From Raja brachyura (Eukaryota), in assembly GCA_963514005.1 (NCBI GenBank), contig OY740807.1:5952001-6016000 (forward strand): a stretch of DNA of 64,000 nucleotides, in the 5' to 3' direction. The notes under the pieces were generated by a model. It had not been told where the DNA came from. It did not search any database and saw nothing but the letters and a program-made list of their open reading frames with translations. Position numbers and translations under genes: made by a program. This document shows positions 25,403 to 34,634 of the stretch, piece after piece. How positions within the stretch are numbered: the first letter of the stretch is position 1; each line of letters begins with the position of its first letter.

Positions 25403-25629
25403 AGGGCCTGTCCCACCTGCTGAGTTTTTCGGTGACTGCCGGCATCATTGACTGACGTATCAGGTCACCAAAAAATACGTGGCGTGATAACGTGTGACGC
25501 GCGGTGTTTTTTTCAAGGGTCGTAACATTTTTCTTTGTCACCGCTGGATTTTGAAATGTTCAAAATCTTTTGGCGGCACCGATATGATGCCGGCACTCGG
25601 CGAAAAAATCGCTAAGTGGGACAGGCTGT
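25403..25629. mobile_element. PIF/Harbinger-type MITE
   Basis: AGGGCCTGTCCCAC ... GTGGGACAGGCTGT with TTA TSD. Confidence 0.75.
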
Positions 25630-26174
25630 TTAGTTTATTGTCACGTGTACCGAGGTACAGTGGAAAGCTTTTGTTGCATGCTAACCAGTCAGCGGAAAGA
25701 CAATACATGATTACAATCGAGCCATTAGCAGCCCATAGATACATGATAAGGGAATAACGTTTAGTGCAAGGTAAAGCCAGCAAAGTCCATTTAAATGTAG
25801 TCCGAGGGTCTCCAATGAGGTCAGGACTATGTTTTTGAAGGTACAAAATGTGTCAGATTCCAACCTACAGTGATAAACGTCAGCCGAATGCTCATCATCA
25901 CACTGTGGCAAAACCATCCCCTTTGATGTCTTGTTTTCACACCCTACCCTTCCATATCTCTGTGCCTCCCTCTCCCCTGAAAATGTAGAATCGATCATTG
26001 TCGGGGCCTCCTCCACTGTCAGAGTGAGGAAAATTGGAGGGACAGCACGTCATATATCGTTTGGGCAGCTTACACCATATGAAGATTGACTTCTCTAACG
26101 TCACGTACCCTTGCTTTCCCTCTCCATCCCCCCTCCTCTCTAGTTCGACCAGTCTGACTGTCCTCTGATTAAAT

Positions 26175-26352
26175 ATGTATAAGAAGGAACTGCAGATGCT
26201 GGAAAATCGAAGTGCTGGAGAAACTCAGCGGGTGCGGCAGCATCTATGGAGCGAAGGAAATAGGCAACGTTTCGGGACGAAACGTTGCCTATTTCCTTCG
26301 CTCCATAGATGCTGCCACACCCGCTGAGTTTCTCCGGCACTTTTGTCTACCC
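26175..26352. mobile_element. Palindromic unit made of two inverted Penelope termini
   Basis: Near-perfect inverted arms of about 60 bp (26210-26340) centred on aacgtttcg-gga-cgaaacgtt, flanked by the direct repeat ctgattaaat (26165-26174 / 26353-26362). Confidence 0.75.
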
Positions 26353-26616
26353 CTGATTAAATTTTATCTCAGTATGCTTCGTTGTCACCTACTCCTCGCT
26401 AACAATGATCAATTCTACATTTACCTGGGCCCTCGTCCACTTTGATGTCACGTTTTAACACCTAACACCTCCTTATCTCTGTCTCTTCCTCATGCCCTGA
26501 CTCTCGGTCTGAAATTCCGGGTCTCGACCCGGAACGTCGCCGATTCCTTCTCTCCGGAGATGCTGTGCCTGTCCCGCTGAGTTACTCCTGCATTGTGTTG
26601 TCTCTCCCCTGTGCAG

Positions 26617-26943
26617 AGGCGCCCACAGTGTCCCTGAGCCACAGCTCGCTCTCGTTGAGGGAGGGCGACGAGCAGAAGCTGGCGTGCAGTGCGGAGCGGT
26701 ACTACCCGCTGGACGTGACGGTGCGCTGGCAGTGGCGGCAGGGCGGAGAGCACCTGCTGCCCAACTACCTGGACAACACCATTTTCTCCCCACACGTGCC
26801 GAACAGGGATGGCACCTTCAACGTGACCAGTTACTTCCGCTTCACCGCCTCCCTCAAGGACAACGGAGCCACGTTCATTTGTCACGTCGACCACGTCAGC
26901 TTGGAGAAGACAATCAAACGCTACGTCCATGTAAAAGTGCAAG
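26617..26943 (+). CDS. TAPBPL: Tapasin-family protein exon 5 (IgC1 domain)
   Basis: gtgcag| acceptor and G|gtaaa donor. Encodes EAPTVSL...LACSAERYYPLDVTVRW...NRDGTFNVTS...FICHVDHVSL (C1-set signature). Confidence 0.94.
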
Positions 26944-26983
26944 GTAAACAATGAGCAGGCATTTTAAATACTGCCTGCAAACG

Positions 26984-27870
26984 GGATGGCGGGGCTGTCA
27001 TATGCTGAGAGAATGGAGCGGCTGGGCTTGTACACTCTGGAGTTTAGAAAGATGAGAGGGGATCTGATTGAAACATATAAGATTGTTAAGGGCTTGGACT
27101 CACTAGAGGCAGGAAACATGTTCCCGATGTTGGGGGAGTCCAGAACCAGGGGCCACAGTTTAAGAATAAGGAGTAAAGGGCCTGTCCCACTAGCGCGCGA
27201 TTAGACGCGACAAGCGCGACCTACCGTGGTCGCTTTAGTCGCCCGGCCTCGCGTGACCCTGTCCCACTGCGATCGCCGGAGTCTCGTCGAGTTGTGTGTA
27301 GCTGGTGTCGACATCGCGCGTAGTGTCCAAAAACCGACACTGCTTAAAAAATTACGCGCGGCAAAATCCTGTCGCGCAGAACGTGATTAACGTGATGACG
27401 TTTTGACGTTGTGCGTCTTCAGCGTGGCGTTGCGTGATGACGTCACTGCCCGACGTCGTGCAACGCGCATGCTCATGCGCATCGTCACGTGATGAAAAAT
27501 AACGTCCTTCCTTCGGACGTCGCGCGTGTAATCGCGCGCTAGTGGGACAGGCCCTTCACTCGCACCGGGATCGCCTGACCCCCACGCGACCCCCGCGTCC
27601 GAATTTGTCGCGCTTGTCGCGTCTAATCGCGCGCTAGTGGGACAGGCCCTTAAGCCATTTAGAACGGAGATGAGGAAACACTTTTTCTCACAGAGAGTGG
27701 TGAGTCTGTGGAATTCTCTGCCGGTGGAGGCCGGTTCTCTGGATACTTTCAAGAGAGCTAAATATAGCGGATATGGGGAGATGGCAGGAACGGGGTACTG
27801 ATTGGGGATGATCAGCCATGCTCACATTAAATGGGCTGAATGGCCTACTCCTGCACCTATTGTCTATTGG
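26984..27870 (+). mobile_element. CR1 LINE 3' fragment interrupted by a Harbinger MITE
   Basis: MAGLSYAERMERLGLYTLEFR...TRGHSLRIRSK; the sequence resumes as gccatttagaacggag after 27653. Confidence 0.88.
27177..27650. mobile_element. PIF/Harbinger-type MITE, apparently young, inserted in CR1
   Basis: Perfect 44-bp TIR. The TAA duplication is demonstrated by the host CR1 sequence (gagTAAgccat). Extra internal right end at 27529-27555. Confidence 0.9.
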
Positions 27871-29683
27871 CTATTGAAACGGGTCCTTCAGCCCACACGG
27901 ACCATCCATCACAGCATGGCGACACAGCGGTACAGCTGCTGCCTCACGGCGCCTGGGATCTGGGTTCGATCCTGACCTCCGGTGCTGTCCGTGTATTGTT
28001 TCCACGCTCCCTCTATTGCCACGTGGGTTTCCTCCGGATGCTCCGGTTTCCCCCCACATCCCAAAGGCGTGCGGGTTTGTAGGTTAATTGTTCTTTGAGC
28101 TGTCCCCTTAGTGTGTGGGGAGTGGACGAGAACGTGGGATAACATGGAATGAGCGTGAACGGGTGATCGATGGTCGGAGTCGACCAGGTGGGTGGAGGTA
28201 AGCCATCATCTGCAGTTCCTCGTATGGACAACCTGCAAAGCCGCACGTCTTTGGGAAGCGGGAGGAAACCAGAGCATCCAAAGGAAATCCACACGGTCAC
28301 AGGGAGAACGTGCACACTCCACACAGACAGCACCCGTAGTCAGGATCAAAGCCGGGTCTCTTGTACTGTAAGGCAGCAACTCTACAAGATGCACCAATGT
28401 GCCGTCCCTATTGTTAAGAATGAGTGCAGAACTATTTGTTTCTGATGGTGGATGCATGAAGGCTGAACAAAACCAGGAGACAGTTCCTCACCATGTCTCT
28501 GGGAACTTAATAGTTTAGAGATACAGCGCGGAAACAGGCCCACCGAGTCCGCACCGACCAGCGATCCCCGCCCTCTAACACTATCCTACACACACTAGGG
28601 AAAATCTGCATTTACACCAAGTAAAAATTAACCTGTCAACCTTTGGAGTGTGGGAGGAACCTAAGATCTGGGAGAAATCCCGCGCAGGTCGCAGGGAGAA
28701 CGTACATACTTTGTACAGACAAGCACCTGTAGTCAGGATCGAACCCGGGTCTCTGCCGCTGTAAGGCAGCTATTCTACCGCTGCACCACCGTGCGGCCCT
28801 TGTTTCCAATCTACGCAATGAAGTGTCGCACTATTCCAGGATGTGGAGTTTTCGGAGAGGGTGCAGAAGGGGTTTACCATAGTGACGCCTGGATTAGAGG
28901 GTTTATTTTTTTCTAGAGTTTGGGAGGTTGAAGGGAGACCAGATAGAGGTATGTAACATCATGAGAGGTGTGGATTGGGGAGACAGTCTATGAAGGGAAT
29001 GTCCAGAGATAGACGCCATACCTTCCAGGTGAGAAGGGGAAAGTTTAATGGAGTTGAGCTGGGTAGGTTTTTTTTACACAGAGGGCGGTGGGTGTCTGGA
29101 GCGTGCTGCCAGGGGTGGTGTTGGGGCAGATGCAATGGTGGCATTTAAGAGGGGCACATAGATATGCAGGGAATGGATGGACATGGATCACGTTGATGAA
29201 CTGTACAATGCAAGGTCCAGGAAGCGAGCGGGCATCTCTCACCCTGGCCACAAACTCTTTGAATCACCTCCCTCTGGAAGGCGACTCCGGACTGTCAAAG
29301 CTGCCGCAGCCAGACATAAAAACAGTTTTTATCCACGAGTAGTTCTACTCAACAGCCAAAAATCTGTGGCCTCCCTTCGATCTGGTATTTTGTTGGTTCA
29401 CGTGCTTGATCAATGGTGTTTGATCATTAATGTTTTATTATTATTAATATCTAGTGTATTCTGAGTCATTCGTAACTGTCACTGTATGTCATGTTGTTAC
29501 TTATGGGCGGAGCACCAAGGCAAATTCCTTGTATGTGAATACTTGGCCAATAAACTTAATTACTTACTTACATGCAGCCACAGGGGAGATGAGTTTAACG
29601 TCATCATGCTCCACATGGGCTGAAGTGCTTCTTCCTGTCCTAAGTCTCAAATCAGTAATGCTCAATATTTTTTTATTCCACAG

Positions 29684-29776
29684 CACGACCTCAGATATTA
29701 TTTTACATCTTAATTTTAATATTGTTCCTATTCGTCTGCGCTATTGTGATCATCCTACTAATTCACTTGAATAAAG
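29684..29776 (+). CDS. TAPBPL: Tapasin-family protein exon 6 (transmembrane)
   Basis: ttttattccacag| acceptor and G|gtgag donor, phase 1-1. Encodes ARPQILFYILILILFLFVCAIVIILLIHLNK. Not present in the ORF track. Confidence 0.88.
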
Positions 29777-30882
29777 GTGAGTGCTGTCTGTTTTATTTTA
29801 CATGTTATTAATGAGTGGGGAGGTGACCCCATCTCTCGAGGATTCCTTTAGTCTAGAGAGACCGCGTGGAATCAGGCCCTTCAGCCCACCAGACAGAGTC
29901 CGTCCAGACCAGCGATCCTCCCTCACACCAGTTCTATCCCACACATTAGGGACAATTTACAATTTACAGAAGCCAATTTGTCTACAAACAGCTACATCTT
30001 TGGAGTGTGGGAGGAAACTGGAGAAAACAAACACGATCACGGGGAGAACATGCCAACTCCACACAGACAGCACCCGTAGACAGGGTCGAACCCGGGTCCC
30101 TGGCGCTGTCAGGCCGCAACTCGACCGCTGCCCTTTGTTGATGTATAGTTTTGGGTTTGTTCTGCACAAGATGACGTCACCTGATGTTTACCGGGGCGGC
30201 CCGGCGGCGCAGCGGTAGAGTTGCGAAGTTGCAGCGCCAGAGAACCGGGTTCGATCCTCACTACGGGTGCTGCCTGTGTGGAGTTGGCATGTTCTCCCCG
30301 TGATCGTGTGTGTTTTCTCCAGTTTCCTCCCACACTCCAAAGATGTGGATGTTTGTAAGCTAGTTGGCTTCTGTAAATTGTAAATTGTCCCTAATGTGTA
30401 GGATAGTGTCAGTGTACGGGAGGATCGCTGGTCTTCACGGTCTCAGTGGGCTGAAGGGCCTGATTCCACGCGGTCTCTCTCGTCTAATCTTTTCTCCGGG
30501 TGCTCCGGTTTCCTCCCACATTCCAAGACGTACGGGTTTGTTGGTTAATTGGCTTCAGTGAAAATTGTAAATTGTGCCTAGTGAAGAGGATAGTGTTAGT
30601 GTGCGGGGTCGCTGGTCGGCACGGACCCGGTGGGCCGAAGGGCCTGTTTCCACGTTGTATCTCTAAACTAAGCTAAACTAAACTATTCATGACCAATGTG
30701 TTTCCATTCCTGTAGCTTTAGTGGAGAGGAAGGGACGAGTTTGTGCACATAGCCGTGTGAATTTTGCCCTGTAGTGTATCCATTTTGTAAACGTATTTTG
30801 AACGAAGCTAGCAATGATGATGCATCAGTGGTGTGGTGGTGCTGACATGCGTTGTAATGCCGCTGTATCCTTTGCTTTGCAG

Positions 30883-30899
30883 TTATGGACAAAAACAAG
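30883..30899 (+). CDS. TAPBPL: Tapasin-family protein exon 7 (17-nt cytoplasmic micro-exon)
   Basis: tttgctttgcag|TTATGGACAAAAACAAG|gtaaga. Encodes VMDKNK and converts phase 1 to phase 0, which the last exon needs. Confidence 0.75.
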
Positions 30900-31231
30900 G
30901 TAAGAGAAATATTGTCTTTCAATACTACATTTATTCATGCAGGAAAACAGTACAAAACATTCCCAAGTTCCTAAACCACTGGAGCAGAAATAGGCCATTT
31001 GACCAATCTCGTCTACTCCGCCATTCAATCATGGCTGATCTTTCTTTCCCTCTCAACTCCATTCTCTTGGCCTCTCCCTATAACTCCTCACACCCGTACC
31101 AATCAAGTATCTTTCAATCTTGGCCTTATAAATAACCAATGACTTGGCCTCCATAGCTGTCTGGCAATGAGTTCCACAGCTTGACCACCATCTGACCAAA
31201 GACATTCCTCCTGATCTCCTTTCTAAAGTTA

Positions 31232-31616
31232 CAGTGCATTCAGAAAGTATTCAGACCCCTTCACTTGTTGTACATTTTGTTACGTTACAGCCTTATTTTA
31301 AAATGCATTAAATTCAATTTTTTTTAATCATCACTCTACACACAATACCCCAGAATGAAGAAGTGAAAACACGTTTATAATTTTTTGCAAAGTGATTAAA
31401 AAGAAATAATTGAATAAATATTCAGACCCTTTGCAACGACACTCAAAATTGAGCTTAAGGTTCATTCTGTTTCCATTGATTATCCTTGAGATGTTTCTAC
31501 AACTTAGATTGGTCCACCAGGGGTAAATTAAATTGATCGTACATGATTTGGAAAGGCACATCCCTGCCTATATAAGGTCCCACAGTTGACAGTGCATGTC
31601 AGAGCAAAAACCAAGC
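31232..31616 (+). mobile_element. Left end of a Tc1-like transposon (IR/DR type), truncated before the transposase
   Basis: TA|CAGTGCATTCAGAAAGTATTCAGACCCCTT with an inner direct repeat tattcagaccctttg at about 31419; ends at gtcagagcaaaaaccaagc. Confidence 0.8.
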
Positions 31617-32125
31617 AACATTGCAGGGTCGGCCTGGCCAAGTGTAACCATGGTGACATCCGCTGCTGTAGGCCGCGTCCCGTCCACACTCTCGGCCTCT
31701 TGGAGAGGCCCCCGGTCCAGTCGAGCCCCAGGCTGCTGCAGGGCCTCCAGCGGCCACTCCCTCATCGAGGCCGTGCACTCCCTCCCGGCCCTCCAGGTGG
31801 GCCCCGTGGGCTCTCATAGAAACATAGAAACATAGAAAATAGGTGCAGGAGTAGGCCATTCGGCCCTTCGAGCCTGCACCGCCATTCAATATGATCATGG
31901 CTGATCATCCACAATTAGTATCCCGTACCTGCCTTCTCTCCATACCCCCAGATCCCTTTAGCCACAAGGGCCACAGCTAACTCACTCCTAAATATAGCCA
32001 ACGAACTGGCCTCAACTACCCTCTGTGGCAGAGAGTTCCTGTGGCTCTCGATCTGCGGCGGGCGAGGCGGGTTCCGGTCCACGGCGCGGGTTTTCCACTC
32101 ATGTTTCCTTTGTCTCCCCCATCAG

Positions 32126-32140
32126 AAGAAGCCGTATTGA
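32126..32140 (+). CDS. TAPBPL: Tapasin-family protein exon 8 (KKPY-stop, di-lysine ER-retrieval motif)
   Basis: tttgtctcccccatcag|AAG AAG CCG TAT TGA. The assembled CDS is 1296 nt (431 aa). Confidence 0.8.
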   Translation, partial: KKPY

Positions 32141-32719
32141 GCCCAGGGAAGAGCACTTCGGGCAGGATGCAGCTGCTGAGGCTGAGAAAGGATCTAATCT
32201 CATGCAGAAACCCTTTGTGTCCTTGGAACGTATTCAAGTGCCTTCCCGCCAATGAACCTCTTCAACACTGGTTGCTGTCGGCCAATGCGGTGGAGATTGG
32301 ACACACCAGCAGCCCACACGGACCCATTGAGGCGAATCACCCAGTTATTTGTTTGCTGGGGGAGGAATATTGACCAGGACACCAGACCCACTCATTGGTG
32401 CATCACATCCACTTGACCCCCCTCCCCCCAGGAAATGGAAAGTGGAGCCTCCATTTAAAGTTCCACCCAATGGGCGTTTAATGAGGATTCTTACTGACGA
32501 TGAGGAATACTGGTCTTGAAATGAATCTGAACCTACAACCTACCGACTTTGAGGCAGCAGCTTTAGCCATGGAGTCCTAGAGAGACGCGCCGGCACACCA
32601 AGTCTGCACTGGCCACCAATCAACAAATGGGATGGCATAGAACTGGTATGGACGGGTCGGACTTGGTGGGCCGAAGGGCCTTTTCCATGGTGAATAAGTG
32701 CTCTAAAGTCTAAGGTCTT

Positions 32720-33022
32720 CCTGTCTTTCACTGTTATCCTGCTTCGTTTCACAGTTCGTATCCCTTTGCCATCACCTCTCCCGCAGCCAACAATGGACCA
32801 TTGTGGGCTCCACCTCTCCTTGATCATCGGTGCCGGGCGGCTCTGATTTGTTCTTCTCATGCCTTTCATTCATTTGTTCTTTGCACCTTTTTCACACCTC
32901 TAGTCCCCGTCTCCCAGGCACTCTCAGTCTGAAGAAGGGTCTCGACCCGAGACGTCAACTGTTCCTTTTCCCCAGAGATGCTGCCCGGCCCGCTGAGTAA
33001 CTCCAGCACTTTGTGTCTTACC
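32720..33022 (+). mobile_element. Penelope-derived 3' tail in the putative 3'UTR of the tapasin-like gene, with a mutated hammerhead (32926-32960)
   Basis: CTGAAGAAGGGTCTCGACCCGAGACGTC followed by the family tail agagatgctgcccggcccgctgagtaactccagcac. Confidence 0.75.
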
Positions 33023-33090
33023 TTCTTGCCTTAGTTGGCTGCAGTACTTAGACCAAGATGAGGAAAGAAATGTGTTGCTTTCTTGGAATT

Positions 33091-33096
33091 AATAAA
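33091..33096 (+). terminator. Candidate poly(A) signal of the tapasin-like gene
   Basis: First AATAAA I found downstream of the KKPY stop (about 950 nt of 3'UTR). Confidence 0.5.
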
Positions 33097-33654
33097 GTAA
33101 CCTGATCCCATTTTCGAAGCTGAGCCGAGATCCCAATGGATACCCCTTTATTCCAAGGGTTCCTAAGGTTAAGTGCATTTGCGGGTTGGTATTTGGATGG
33201 TGTGGCACAGAGATGGCTGGGGTTTGATTTCTTAAAGAGGAGATCTGGAAGTTCCCCTTCCAAAGGTATTGGCCATGGCTCATTGGGTAGTGCTCTAACC
33301 CCTCAGCCGGAAGGTTGTGAGTTCAAGTCCAGGGACCTCTGCACAAATTAATACAGGTGAATACTGATGGAGTGCTGCACTGCCAGAGGTAATGTTTTTC
33401 AGATGAAACGTTAAAACTAAAGCCTTGTCTATGCTCTCTGCTGAAGACGAACTTGGGAGTCATCCCTGTTGTTGAAACCCCCCCAAAAAACCCTAAAACA
33501 TCATCAGTCAGCGTAATGAGTATGACGTTGGGAGGTCACGTTGCAGTTGTAAAAGACATCGGTGAGGCCGCATTTTGAGTTGTGTTCAGTTCTGGGAACC
33601 ATATTAGGGAAAGATGTTAAGTTGGAAAGAATGCGGAGAAGATTCACGCAGATG

Positions 33655-34340
33655 GCAATAGACAATAGGTGCAGGAGTAGGCCATTCGGCCCTTCGAGCC
33701 AGCACCGCCATTCAATGTGATCATGGCTGATCATCCCCAATCAGTACCCCGTTCCTGCCTTCTCCCCATATCCCCTGACTCTGCTATCTTTAAGAGCCCT
33801 ATCTAGCTCTCTCTTTAAAGTATCCAGAGAACCAGCCTCCACCGCCCTCTGAGGCAGAGAATTCCACAGACTCACCACTCTCTGTGAGAAAAAGTGTTTC
33901 CTCGTCTCTGTTCTAAATGGCTTACTCCTTATTCTTAAACTGTGGCCCCTGGTTCTGGACTCCCCCAACATCGGGAACATGTTTCCTGCCTCTAGTGTGT
34001 CCAAACCCTTAACAATCTTATATGTTTCAATAAGATCCCCTCTCATCCTTCTAAACTCCAGAGTATACAAGCCCAGCTGCTCCATTCTCTCAGCATATGA
34101 CAGTCCCACCATCCCAGGAATTAACCTTGTAAACCTATGCTGCACTCCCTCAATAGCAAGAATGTCCTTCCTCAAATTAGGGGAGCAAAACTGTACACAA
34201 TACTCCAGGTGCGGTCTCACTAGGGCCCTGTACAACTGCAGAAGGACCTCTTTGCTCCTACACTCGACTCCTCTTGTTATAAAGGCCAACATGCCATTCG
34301 CTTTCTTCACTGCCTGCTGTACCTGCATGCTTACTTTCAT
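33655..34340 (-). mobile_element. CR1 LINE 3' fragment
   Basis: ORF 33741-34340 encodes the CR1 ORF2 C-terminus (LVRPHLEYCVQF, TRGHSL, FFSQRVV) followed by the 3'UTR. Similar short 3' fragments lie at about 1450-1820, 3590-3970, 23370-23790, 24848-25255, 39590-40035, 42575-42910, 55935-56715 and 60680-61310. Confidence 0.9.
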
Positions 34341-34600
34341 AGATATGGGATGTTGCCAGGACTCGAGGGCCTGAGCTATAGCGAGAGGATAGGCAGGCTG
34401 GGACTGTCGGTGCGCAGGAGGCTGAGGGCTAATCTTATATAGGCGCTTAAAATCATGAAGTAATCAGATTGTTTAACCCAAAGTAGGAGAATCAAAAAAC
34501 AGAGGGCATAGGTTTAAGGTGTGAGGGGGAAAGATTTAATTAGACACAAAAAGCTGGAGTAAATCAGCGGGTCGGACAGCATCTCTGGAGACAAGGAATA

Positions 34601-34634
34601 GGTGACGTTTCGGGTCGAGACCCTTCTTCAGACT
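34601..34634 (-). ncRNA. Minimal hammerhead ribozyme motif (intact core) in a Penelope-derived tail (about 34540-34885)
   Basis: Reverse complement reads agu CUGAAGA a GGGUCUCGACCC GAAA C GUC acc. Confidence 0.72.

Noticed and set aside
26944-26954. Read-through of the IgC1 donor giving a soluble form ending VQGKQ*
   Set aside because: Any retained intron soon reaches a stop; I saw no nearby poly(A) signal or other support.
30716-30845. Alternative acceptors (30716, 30775) considered for the TM exon
   Set aside because: Both hit in-frame stops and encode no TM helix; 29684-29776 is the convincing TM exon.
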